Shown: in pieces, positions 13,367 through 25,600 of the stretch
Layout: every line of letters begins with the position of its first letter
Position numbering within the stretch: the first letter of the stretch is position 1
Source: Sphaerodactylus townsendi
Lineage: Eukaryota
Assembly (NCBI RefSeq): GCF_021028975.2
Contig: NC_059428.1
Location: forward strand, 152,148,001 to 152,212,000
Reading direction: 5' to 3'
DNA length: 64,000 bases
Notes under the pieces: generated by a model
Databases searched by the model: none
What the model saw: the letters and a program-made list of their open reading frames with translations, nothing else
Told to the model about the DNA's origin: nothing
Translations under genes and position numbers: made by a program

Positions 13367-13890
13367 TCTCTGGGTATTTCCCAACCTGGAGTAGGCAGAG
13401 GACTTGGAAGGGAAGCTGGGATTCCTGGCCCTCCCAGTACATAATTTCTTCAAAGGCCAAGAAGTGCAGGTCAGAGCAAGACTGTCCCACCACGCAAGGT
13501 AAATAATAAAATAATAAAAATGGGGGGCTCCAAGTTCACCAAGAATGGTAACTGGTCTCCAGAATAGCTAGATCAGTTCCCCCGAAGGAAACGGTGGCGA
13601 CAAAGTGGAGACTCTACGGAAAGATACCCTCCTGAGTGCCCTCCTCTTTCCAGTGCTACCTCCAGGTGGGGAGTGGACACGTCCTGAGGCTACAACTCAC
13701 CTCCACAAAACAGAGATCCGATCCCGAGAGGGGACACCATGGCCTTATACCCATTCAGGTCACTCCCCTCACAACCATGCTTTCTGCAAGCTCCACTTCA
13801 AATCTCCAGGAATTTCCTAAAGCAGAATTGGTAACCATAGACCGTTGCTAGTCATTGGATGAGGTAGGGGGACTTTGCACTTCATCAGAA

Positions 13891-14200
13891 GCGCCAGCAT
13901 GGTGTAGTGGTTAAGAGCAGGTGCACTCTAATCTGGAGAACTGGGTTTGGTTCCCCGCTCTGCCACTTGAGCTGTGGGGGCTTATCTGGTGAACCAGATT
14001 AGCTTGTGCACTCCAACACATGCCAGCTGGGTGCCCTTGGGCCAGTCACAGTTATTTGGAGATCTCTCAGCCCCACTCACATCACAGGGTGTTTGTTGTG
14101 AGGGGGGGGGGAAGGGAAAGTTGATTGTAAGCCCTTTTGAGTCTCCTTATAGGAGAGAAAGGGGGGGGAATATTAATCCAAACTCTTCTTCTCTTCTTCT
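13891..14200 (+). mobile_element. Squam3-like CORE SINE
   Basis: Full-length copy, same family as 8267-8583. Confidence 0.85.
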
Positions 14201-15145
14201 TATCTTGTCTCTGTCCTGCCAGGACAGCTGACTACAAACCAAAGGAAGTACTGGACAGCTCAGCATCTCTACTCTTGTGTTAAATGTCTACTATTGTGAG
14301 TTGCTCCTGGGAGTGCAGGAGGGGTTTTTAAAATATATTGAGGGGGAAGAGCGAATTGTTGCTTAAACCCCCAACACAGCCTGTCCTGGGAAGAACAGGG
14401 AGATCTTCCTGCTCCAGAGCGTATGACTAAGCTTCTGATTCTCCCAGACGTTCACTTCTTCACAGAGGTTTTTCCCTTTCTGAGCAAAGGCACTCCAGGA
14501 AGGGAGGGCTGGTTTCCACACGGAGATGAATAAAAAGCAGACCGCTGAAGCAGGGAAGGAAACCAAGCTTCCGGAATCGGTAAAGGAGCGCCTTCTTCAT
14601 GCATTTATTTATTAGGTGCCACCAAGCAAGGAGCAGCAACTCACTTTTTGTCCCTGGATATAAATAAGTGACGAGGCTCAGTTCTTCCGAATGCTGATCT
14701 GGAGTCCTAACATCCTCAGTCTGAGTATTAACCCTTCACTGGCTTTCTTGCTGCCCTCTAGTTAAATTGAATTAGAAAACTGACATCTTGTTCTTCTCAT
14801 AAACGGATGGTTGCAACGGAAACAGGAGTCATCTGAGCTGCCTCCGGTCGGATCAAGCCTGATTTTGTTGCTGCTGCTGTGGTGATTCACCCCTCTCCCA
14901 TTTTATTCTCACAACAAGTTAGATTATGCTGGGGCAAACATTGAGTAAAAAGGGGGTTGCTCAGCGGGCTTCTGCTCAGTTGTGATTGTAACCTGTACCT
15001 CCCAGTCTTAGATCCCGTGCAGAGTTACTCCAGCATAAACAAAGGTTGCCAGCTCTGGGTAAGGAGATTCCTGGAGATTTGGTGGGGGAATCTGGGGAAG
15101 GCGGGTTTAGGGGGAGAAGGGACCTCAGTGGGGTATAAGGCCTTC

Positions 15146-15437
15146 GAGAGCCAGTGTGGTGTACAGCAGGTGCTAATCTCTAATCTGGAGAACTGGGTTT
15201 GATTCCCTGCTCTGCCACTTGAGCTGTGGAAGCTTATCTGGTGAACCAGATTAACTTGTGCCCTCCAACACATGCCAGCTGGGTGCCCTTGGGCTAGTCA
15301 CAGTTTTTTGGAGCTCTCTCAGCCCCACCCACCTCACAGGGTGTTTGTTGTGAGCGGGGAAGGGAAAGGAGATTGTAGATCTTTGAGTCTCCTTACAGGA
15401 GAGAAAGGGGGGAATATTAATCCAAACTCTTCTTCTT
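15146..15437 (+). mobile_element. Squam3-like CORE SINE
   Basis: Same family; A-box partly deleted. Confidence 0.85.
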
Positions 15438-16034
15438 TCCTCCAAAGCTGCTATTTTCTGAACACATTGAAAACGTCCCCACCATCCACCCATGGCCCCA
15501 CACCAGCTCTGTTTGTTTGCAACCTGGCTGCTATGTTAGTTGTGCTACCTGGCCTCTGTTACTATTATGTTTCAGTCAGGGTGGTTTGTTTGACCTCTGA
15601 CTTTAAGCACCATCACTCTGTTTGTTTTAAAGACATGATGTTTGGATCGTAACATTTTAACAAAGCTTGTTTGAAGAGTTACTGTATATTGTGTGGTTAG
15701 CTGCCCTGAGTGTAAATGATAAATAAATGATTTTAAAAAACCATCATAAATAATTCCTTTCGAGCTTGCAACAATCTTAGACCTTTCTGCCCTTTGGAAA
15801 AGGGGTGCCACCGGTGCCCTCTGATACTCTGCCTCCTCTCGACAGGATCGTCAGGGTTCGAAACAAAACGAGAAGTGTGTGAACCTCTCCAAATACGATT
15901 TTGCTGGGCAAGCTTTTGCCAGCCCTTCTCTGTTAATTGAGCCGCTCTCTGAGACAAGCGGTGAGGCTGAGCAGCACTGTCTGTCAGCATGCAAGGGCAG
16001 CATTTGATCTGCAAACCCTGTTGCTTTTGCAGGC

Positions 16035-18486
16035 ATGGACCCTGAGGATGCAGAGCAGCTGGCCGCAGAGATGCAGGGGGAGAGTGTCAACGGCTGGGGC
16101 CTTTTCCAGATGGCTGCAGGGACTGGTTTGGCTGCCTATGTCGTGTGGGCGGGGATTCTCATGCCTGGATTCCGCAGAGTGCCTTTAAAATTACAGGTAA
16201 AAAGCAACAGGTGCTTGGGTAGAACCTTTGGAGGGTGGATCGAAAAGTGAAGTTGACCATTGGGAAGGAATTTCTGTAGACTGGCCCACCCACATACAAT
16301 GCATATGCCGTACCCAGGACCTAGGGTAGCCAGTCTTCAGATAGGGCCCGGAGATCTTCTAGAATTATAGCTGGTTTCCAGATGACACAGGCATCCGTTT
16401 CCCTGGAGAAAATGGCGACTTTGGAGGGGGGACTCCACCATCTATCTCCATTGAGCCACTCCACAAATCCCACCGTCTCCAGGTTCCACCCCAAATCTCC
16501 AGGAATTTCACACGCTGGAGTTGGCAACCCTTCTAGCACCCATTCCGATCCAGCTCTTGTCTTTTTTTCTTTCCCTTCCAAACCAAGGTTCCATACATCC
16601 CAGCAAATGCCAAGCAGGTGGAGAATGTGATGTTGCTGCTGGAAGGCCGCACTGGAAAGATGGTGGATTTAGGGTCAGGCGACGGCAGAATTGTAAGCAC
16701 GGGGTGGAGGGGGAGCCTTGGACATGATATTGTGGGAAGCTTGCGACAAGTCCGGGGGAAGGGCTCTAGATGTCTTGTCCATGGAATGCTAGTCTCCGTG
16801 GCATGACGCTCCAGCTGTGCTTGCAGGTCTTGGAGGCCTACAGACGAGGCTTCAAACCTGCCATCGGCTACGAACTCAATCCGTGGCTCCTGAGGCTGTC
16901 CAGTTATCGAGCCTGGAAGGCGGGGTGCTACGGCAAGGTTTCTTACCTCCGGGAGGATCTGTGGAAGGTAAGACGCTCCCGGGACGTGGCATGAAGGACA
17001 GCAGCATCGCAACAGGGCACAAAGCATGCCAACTTCAAGGCGGTTTCTTCCCCCCGGTCCATCTACATGTTGTGTTTATTTCATTGATATAGCAAGATCT
17101 TAGGACCCACTAGGAGCCGCGTGGCATAGTGGTTAAGTGCTTGCACTGCCACTCACATGGTCAGGAGTTCGAGCCCCCTGTGGGTCAGATATCCTGGCAG
17201 CTGGTTCATGGTCAACTCAGCCATCCATTCATTCCTTGGTCGGTAAATGAGTACCTAGCACCTAGCTAGGGGGTAAAGAATAGCCGGGGAAAGCAATGGC
17301 AAACTAACCCACAAAAACGGCTTGCCTATGAAATCATTGCTTGCAGTGGTACCCCAGGGTCGAACACGACTGAAGGGGAAACTTTATTTTTTTTAGGACC
17401 CACTGGATACAGCTGAGAACCGAGTGGTAAAAGTTGGCAGGGCAGGTGATGGTGGACCGGACCATTTCAGACCGCAGCGAAGGGAGGGGTAGCTTGCATA
17501 AATACAATCTCCACATGGCAGGGAGAGGCTGTTTGTTAACTGATTCAATATTCTGAGGTCCTCTCTAAGCAGAGACACCGGGGCTTTTGGCGCTGGGTCC
17601 TGTTAACTGTTTGTTGTGGTTGCTTCTTTTCAGGTGAATCTGTCAGACTGCACTAATGTAACTGTGTTCTTGGCACCTAGTGTGGTAAGTACAATGTTGC
17701 TTTTCAGGACTGTTTAGGGGCAGTATATCTGTGAATACCCATTTCTGGACTATAAGCATAACTGGAGGTTTGGCCTCAATACTTGGCTTCGCAGACTTTC
17801 TGGAGGCATCTTTTGGGCTATTGTGTGGAAACAGGATGCTAAGTGACCTTGGGCTAGCCACAGTTCTTTGGAGCTCTCTCAGCCCCACCTCACAGGGTGT
17901 TTGTTGGGGGGGGGGGGAAGGGAAAGGAGATTACAAGCTCCTTTGAGTCTCCTTACAGGAGAGAAAGGAGGGATATAAATCCAAACTCTTCTTCTTCTTA
18001 AACCAAGCGGATCGTAGATCAGATTCCATGGTAGTTTTCTTACGTTCTCCTAAAGATACAGTTATTGATACTGGCTTTTCATGATTTATGCTTCTCATCT
18101 CTGCAACATGGCAGTTTTTAAAGGCCCTTCAGGCAGGGCCTGCTTTATTTTTGACATTGTTTACAGAGCTCAGTGTTTTTACATGTGGTACTAAAAATGA
18201 TGACTGTTAGGAGATCCAAAAGTTTTGAAACAAAGGAGTGCAAAAGACACAACCTGAATAACAAACCTTCTTTCATCCCCCCTCCCCCTGCCCCCAGCTG
18301 CAGCTTCTAGAAAGAAAGCTGCTCACAGAACTTCCAGATGAGGCCCGAGTGGTAGCCGGGCGCTTCCCACTCCCCAACTGGATGCCCACACACATGACTG
18401 GGCATGGACTGAACCGAGCCTGGGCCTATGACATCAAGGCTGTACGGCAAGCCCAGCAGGACAGTCCAGAAGGAAGCTCGGTATGA
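16035..18486 (+). CDS. ANTKMT: Adenine nucleotide translocase lysine N-methyltransferase (FAM173A), 215 aa; join(16035..16196,16588..16692,16827..16967,17634..17684,18298..18486)
   Basis: Five exons, all introns GT-AG and phase 0. Translation: MDPEDAEQ...[24 protein letters not shown]|[11 protein letters not shown]...[11 protein letters not shown]|VLEAYRRG...GYELNPWL...EDLWK|[17 protein letters not shown]|[28 protein letters not shown]...AWAYD...SV*. It has an N-terminal hydrophobic segment, the class I methyltransferase motif DLGSGDG and the FAM173-type motifs GYELNPWL and GRFPLP. Confidence 0.96.
17113..17392 (+). mobile_element. Sauria-type SINE in ANTKMT intron 3
   Basis: Same family as 4149-4427; 12-bp TSD ttaggacccact at 17100-17111 and 17393-17404. 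Confidence 0.85.
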
Positions 18487-18707
18487 GAACTGAAGACCAA
18501 AGCAGATGGACGCTACTTTGCCTATGACTTTGTCAGCCCAAAACACCACGAAGTGCCAATTGCAAAGGGAGCAGAGAAATATCATGATTTGGCAGGCAAA
18601 AATCACATGATCTGAGTTTCTCCCGATCTGAATCCTGACCAGCGGACAAAACCGATTCTTGAGATTCCTTTGAGCCTTTGCCAAACAATATGGCAGGCTT
18701 ACTTAGT

Positions 18708-18737
18708 TTTAATGCACGTCTTTTGTTTAAATTTATT
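18708..18737 (-). terminator. Candidate CCDC78 poly(A) signals
   Basis: Minus-strand AATAAA (18737-18732) and ATTAAA (18713-18708), about 950 nt after the CCDC78 stop. Confidence 0.4.
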
Positions 18738-19686
18738 TGGATTGAGCTTTCCCAGAACAGGTGGTGCCATGGGAAGCTTTGTTTGTCACTGAAATGGTAC
18801 CTCTCTGTGTGGCCTCTCCCATTTCAGACTGTGGCGGGGGGGAGGTGTCACTTAATCCTTTGTACAAAAAGATCATCCTTGCATACAGAAAATCAGCATG
18901 GATATGGCTAGAATCTTTATGCCTGAGAAGCTAGTATTCTAGGTGCAAGGAGCATGTGGGTAGAGGCACTCCCAGTTGTTCATTCAATCTGATGGGTGGG
19001 GTACCTATGTTGCCATAGCAGCAGGGCGGTATTATCAGTCTTCCTTCTTTGACTTACCTTCCGTTTCTTGGATCTGGAGCCACCCAAGTTCAGCCCCTCC
19101 CCAGGTAATTTTGCTGCATATCCTTTGTGATGTGCAATTGACAGGTTGAGAATGAGATAACAGATGGATCGCGCTGCATGTCTCTTATTTTTTAAAACCA
19201 TATTGGTCCCACAAAATACTGATACACAGTGCAAGCCACTGAAACCACACGTGGCACGGGCAAGATGGCTTTTAACGATTACCCGGCAAATAGCAAAACA
19301 CTGCACTGGAATCCGCTGCAAGGGACTACACTTCAGAAGCAAATGAGTTGTTAGTAAGTTGCGTGGAGGAGGAGATACAAACGGCAGGTCAGAAAACTGC
19401 TTGAATGTGGAGCTCAAGGGCTGATTGTGAGGTACAGGACACTCTCCTTATGCTAGGAAGACCCAGGTTCAAACCCCTACTCACCCATGAAGCTCACCAG
19501 GTGATCTTGGTCCAATCATGATTTCTCAACCTAACCTCCCTTACAGGGCTGTTGTGAAGATTAAATGGGCGGTGGTGGCTGAACAGCGTCCTGAACTCCT
19601 TAGAGGAACAGCTCTAACTGGCTGGCAAAAGCTCCCTGTCCTCTTGATGGATCCTCTTGGCTGCCCCTTTCCAAAGCTTTCTGATG

Positions 19687-22600
19687 CTACATTTCGTTGC
19701 TCACATTCCTCCTGGGTTTCAAGATTGGTGGAGTGTTGGGAGCTCCGGCACTCAAGGCTCGGGGCCCGTCTGTTCCCAGGAGCTTCCTCAGCCGCACAAT
19801 CTCTTGCTTGTATCTGTAGCAAAATAACCGGGTGTCAATCCAGTTGGGCTCATTGTCACATGCCCAAGGCTGACATTCACAATCCCCCAGACAAATGTAA
19901 AGGGGGGGGGGGATCTAACTAGAGCAGAATGAGAAGCCCATGAGCAGAAATCAGTCTGGTGTAAGACTTGGGGATTCCCTCAGAAACACAGTGCTCAGGT
20001 GGAGGGGCATATTAGCATGTGGTGGCTTTCCAGGGGCACCTGATTCCCAGGAAATGTCTAGGCCCGTGGTGGTGAACCTTTGGCACTCCAGATGTTATGG
20101 ACTACAATTCCCATCAGCCCCTGCCAGCATGGCCACTGCCAAGGGTTCCCTCCAGCCACATGAAGTTGCAGATTGCCACACTGGACCAAAGCATATTGAA
20201 GAGCAAAAAAAAACAGGTAGGGGTTTTTCCAACAGCGGGGAGCACTTTACCTAGTGCCCCACCTAGGTTCAATTTAAACATGATACAGATGCAGGCTACG
20301 GGGAAACTGAGCATCTGGGCATGTGCATAACCAGCGTGGTGCTTAAAAAGCTCTCCAATACTACATGTACAATGTTGACAAGCCAGTGTAATGCCTGCCA
20401 GAGCTCTGGATCGCTGCTGTGCAAACACTGTTCACGTAGCAGCTGAGGACTCGCTTTGGATAACATGCTAGTTGTATGCTGAGTCAGACAGTTTCTTGCC
20501 TGACAATGTCAGCGTCACATTTAAATCAGACCCCTGGAGGAACAAGAGGCAGGGAATTGGTGCCTGGCCCCTTTCAGGGCCCTAACGGAGCCTGCTTCCC
20601 AAAACAATAGGAGTTAAAGCCAGCAAGGTGGCGGGGGGCTTTGCAGGAGGCAGCCAGATCCCAAACCAGCAGAAGTCTTCAGTAGGCAGCAAAGAAGAAC
20701 CTCACCTCACAAGGTGCTTATCCACGTACTCGTGCAGTTCAGCCACCTGCTCTTCTGCTACCAGTGCCCGTGCCAGCAGCTGGCTCCTCTCTTTCTCCAG
20801 ATCTTCCTGTGCAAAGGCAAGCAGGGAGGCAGGAAGGAAGGAAAGAAGATTGTCTCAGTGGGAATCTAGCCCAATCCACGTTGCAAAGAGCAGCATTATG
20901 GATGGCTGTGACGCATGTTCCATTTGCGCAGGGATAGTAGAAGAGTTTGGATTTATACCCCCCGCTGCCTTTTTTCTCCTGTAAGGAGACTCAAAGGGGC
21001 TTAAAATCTCCTTTCCCTTGCCCCCACACAACAAACACCCTGTGAGGTGGGTGGGGCTGAGAGAGCTCCGAAGAACTGTGGCTAGCCCAAGGTCACCCAG
21101 CTGGCCTGTGTTGGAGTGCACAAGCTAATCCGGTTCCCCATATGAGCCTCCACAGCTCAAGAGGCAGAGCGGGGAATCAAACCCGGTTCTCCAAATTAGG
21201 GCGCACCTGCTCTTAACCACTGTGCCATGCTGGGCTGAGTTGGCAAATATGTACTAGGCCACATAGGACAAGATGCAAGGATGGGGTTGCCGGCCTCCAG
21301 GTATGGCCAGGAGATCTCCTGGGATTACAACTGGTCTCGAGACAACCGAGATCAGTTCCTCTGAAGAAAATGGTTTCTTTATTTTTATTTATTTATTTAT
21401 TATTTATTAATTCGGCTTTTATACTGCCCGATCCCCGAAGGGAAGGTGGCATTACATCCTGCTGAGGCCCTTCCTCTTCCAAAAGCCCACACTCCCCAGG
21501 TGCCACCCCCAAAACCCCCCTCTGGAGCTGGCAACCCTTTGCATGCTTCAAAAACATTTTTCCCCCTTTTCAAGCATTGATCATTTCCCGCTTCATAATC
21601 CAGGGCTAGAAAGAGAAACTGCCTTGCCTAGTAAAGCTCCTGTGGTCTGAGCATGCTCAGACCTTACAATGGGAAGGGAAGGGGCTACAACACTGATCTC
21701 TGCAGTGGGCTGGTAGCATGCCACCTCTGGACTGGGCAAGCCAAGGACAAATATTAGGAGTCTGGCAGTTGGCTTTTTGCTTGGCCAATCTAGCTCAGCC
21801 TCCAGGTCTTCTAGTTTGCAACAGGGCCATCAACATGTTTGTATATTTTTAAAAGTGATGCTTGAAACACATGTCCAGCATTCACTGACATGGTCCATGA
21901 GTAATCTGTGCCTCTGCCATCTACCCTGAATCACACCCTTAAACGTGGATGGCTCCCAATTTTCATGTGCATCCATGAGATACACTTGGTTATAAAAACA
22001 GGTACATGCAAAACAAACGTCTCAGGGTGTTGCTTTCAGTCCCAGGACTTTACCTGTACGGTGTGTGTGAATTCTCGAAGTTGTTTCCTGAGCTCTGCCC
22101 AGCTTTCCTCGTTCAGTGTGCTAGTAAAAAAAAAGAGTGTGGATTAAGTGAAACCTGGCATCAGTAAGCAACCTCACAGGTACCTCTGATGATGAGGCCT
22201 TTCAGTCCACAAAAGCTTCTGCTGCTAGTTAAAGCTATTCCAAGTTTCCTGCAATCTTTCCTAAAACTTTGGAGCAAAGCAAGTTTGAAACAGGTTGGAG
22301 AAAAGGCAGGGAAACCCCCAGAAGTGGATGAATTAACGACAATGCTGTGGGGAAGCAGGGGGGAAAACCCTGTTTTTCCACAGCACTGAACTTAGGGGAC
22401 AGGTAACCCAGGCAGAATTACCAAAGGGGTCATTAAGGACTGTGAAAGCAATTTTTGGGCACATATACAAAAGCCTATAGCTTTCCTCTTAAGACTCCAG
22501 CACAGTTTGTGCAGCTCAGGTGAGTATCTTAACCTGGGGCTGGCAGACTGGTGAGATCATGACAGAGGAATGCAAACATTTCAGCATCGATCCTGCTTTC

Positions 22601-25600
22601 CATGGTTTGTTATGGAGACTTGGTTAATAAGTATGGAGATGGAAACTCCAGGCTTAGTGGGGTGGGGAGCCTGGATGTCCTTCCAGGGAGCTCTGAAGTG
22701 AGCTGGGACGTTACACAGGCCTATCTGAATGTTCTCAGATACCTCTTTACTATGCCACCTTAAGATTTCTGCTGAAGATATGGGACCTGTGCCCAGTGGT
22801 GGGATTCAGCAGGTTTGCACCACTTCGGCAGAACCGGTTGTTAAAATGGTGCTTGTAAACAACCAGTTGTTAAATTATTTGAATCCCACCACCAGAACCG
22901 GTTGTTAAATTATTTGAATCTCACCACTGCCTGTGCCTGTGTGGCCACCACCCAGTCCCTGCCTGGCTTTGCAAGCATGTAGCTGTCTCATACCGATAGC
23001 ATTGGGTACCAATAGCATTGGGTTGTTATGGTCAATTTGGGTCTCAGTGACAAGCCTTTTGCATCACCTGCTACCTGATACTTTTAACTGGGGATGGAAC
23101 CTGAGTCTCTTGCATGCCAAGCAGATGTTCTGGCCGGACTTCTGAGAAGTCTCTGATCCATGAAAGAAGGCCTTGGCCTCCAACTTCTCATTGCAAACTT
23201 AATAATGAGTGTAGGTTTCCCATGGCCTAGAACTTTGCCTGTTCCCTGGGCTAGAGAGGCTGAGAATGCTTGGCTAGCGTGGGTTTCAGATTACTCGAGG
23301 GTTACCGTAAGTGGAGAGATGTGAGAATGCTTGACTATTCCCATCTAAACCACCCAGCAAAGAGTTCTTTGCGTTGGGATGAGTTGGCCAGTGGAAGACG
23401 GAGGAAAGCTTCCCTGGAATGTCAACTCTGGACTTTAAACAAACAAAAAAAGATACACACATCCCCTTTCTGTGCTTCTGGGCAAATTCACTCATTTGTG
23501 GTGCGATTTCTCAAACCGTGGGGATAGGTGATTTAATTGTAAGGAAGTATGTGGGGCACCCGTGGGAAAGTTTTTCCTGGGCCGCCCGGGGACTTCTTAC
23601 ACAAAATATAGGTCATGTCTGAGGTTTGGGGGAATTCTGGCTGTATAGAACGGATGGTATGAATTGAGGAATGCATTGTGCTACAGCTATAGCATAACCT
23701 ATGTGGGATGCAGAGAATCTGTTCAGGGTGCAAGGGCGCCCTCTGGGGGTAAGACAGCCACAAAACCCTGGAGAAAGGGCCATGTTTTTTATTAGTTGAC
23801 TTTAGGGCAAGCCCATGAGATTCTCAAGGTAAGAGACCTTCACAGGTTGTTTGCCATTGCCTGCATCTGCGTCACACCCCTGGACCTCCTTGGAGGTCAC
23901 CCTTCCAAATCCTGACCAGAGCTGACCTTACTTCGCATCCAAAATCTGACCAGAGCAGGCTAGCATGGGTGTGAGATTACTTGAGAGTCTGCGTGGTGTC
24001 GTGGTTAAGAGCAGGTGGATTCTAATCTGGAGAACCGGGTTTGACTCCCCACTCCTCCACCCCAGTGGCGGAGGCTTATCTAGTGAACCAGATGTGTTTC
24101 CACATTCCCTACATTCCTGCTGGGTGACCTTGGGCTAGTCACAGTCCTCTCAGAATTCTCTCAGCCCCACCTACCTCACAAGGGATCTGTTGTGGGAAGA
24201 GGAAAGGAAAGGAGCTTGTAAGCCCCCTTGAGTCTCCTTACAGGAGAGAAAGGTGGGGTATAAATCCAAACTCTTCTTATTCCCATAAATTGGAGAAATG
24301 TGAACGGCCCCATCCACATCTATATATTTTATCCTACTGATCCTCCAAGGAGCTCAGGGTGATGGACACTGTACACCCCCACCTCCATTTTATTCCCACA
24401 ACACCCTTGTGCGGTAAGCTATGCTTGGGGTTGCCAACCACCAGGTGGGGCCTGGAGCTCTCCTGGAGGGTAATAGCTTATCTCAGACATCACAGAGTAG
24501 TTCCCCTGAAGAAAATGGCTGCTTTGGAGGGTAAACTGTGTAATATGATACTCCACTGAAGCCCCTCCTTCCCTCCCCAATCCATGGCCTCTCCAGGCTC
24601 CATCACGAATCTTGAGGAATTTTCCAACCTGGGGCTGCAACCAGGTGAGGCTGGGGCACTTGGTAGCAATGTATGGCTCTGACCATTACACAGACTGCCT
24701 CATATCCAGTCACAGCAAGTACTCACTGGGGAGGTGAAGTCCTGGCGCTGTTTTCACTGAACTTGACCTGCAGGGACAGAAGTAAAAGACCTGAAGCATT
24801 CGAACAAAGACATTTGGAAGAAGGAGGAGAAGAGGAGGAGGAGGAGGAGGAGGAGGAGGAGGAGGAGGGGGAGGAGTTTGGATTTATAATCTGCCTTTCT
24901 CTCCTGTAAGGAGACTCAGAGAAATCCAACAGGTGACGACGTCCCCAATGCAATGACATGGCAATGAGGGAACAGTCCATTTCTGAATTCACAACACTCA
25001 TGGAAAAGTGTTGACAGCAATTAGCTACAATGCTTAACTAGAACCTTGCAGTTCAGGGGCCTCCAAATGCCGATATGTCAGGGACGGAAAACACAGGAGG
25101 CCTCTATGCCCCACCTGGGTTTTTCCCTGTAGCACTGAGGCCCCTTCCACACATGCAGAGTAATGCACTTTCAATCCACTTTCACAATTGTTTGCAGATG
25201 GATTTTGCTGTTCCGCACAGTTGCAAAGTGCATTGGAAGTGGATTGAAAGTGCATTATTCTGCATGTGCGGAAGGGGCCTGAGCTAGCCAGTAGTGGAGA
25301 CAGGTCACCAAACTAGACAGACACTTCACCTGATCCCACAAGGCTGCTTTTATGTTGAATCTAGGCCTGTAAGCAGTTTCTGAAGGCAACAGGATCTATG
25401 TTAGGAGGAGAAAGCGTGGGAATTGGGGGGGGGGGGGAGATAGATAGGAATCTGGGGAAAGGGCAAAGATGTATTTGGGCTGGATGTCTTTGCTAACCCT
25501 AGACCTGCCATGACAATGCCAGTGCCAGGGATCCAAGGTGAGATGTTCATTTGTGTATAGCACTATCCTGGTGTTCCTGAAACCTCCCGCCGGCACTGTT

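Noticed and set aside
1-14400. Expected human neighbour METRN upstream of ANTKMT (and HAGHL or FAM234A elsewhere)
   Set aside because: No recognisable coding exons found by eye or in the ORF track; a TBLASTN would be needed to exclude small exons.
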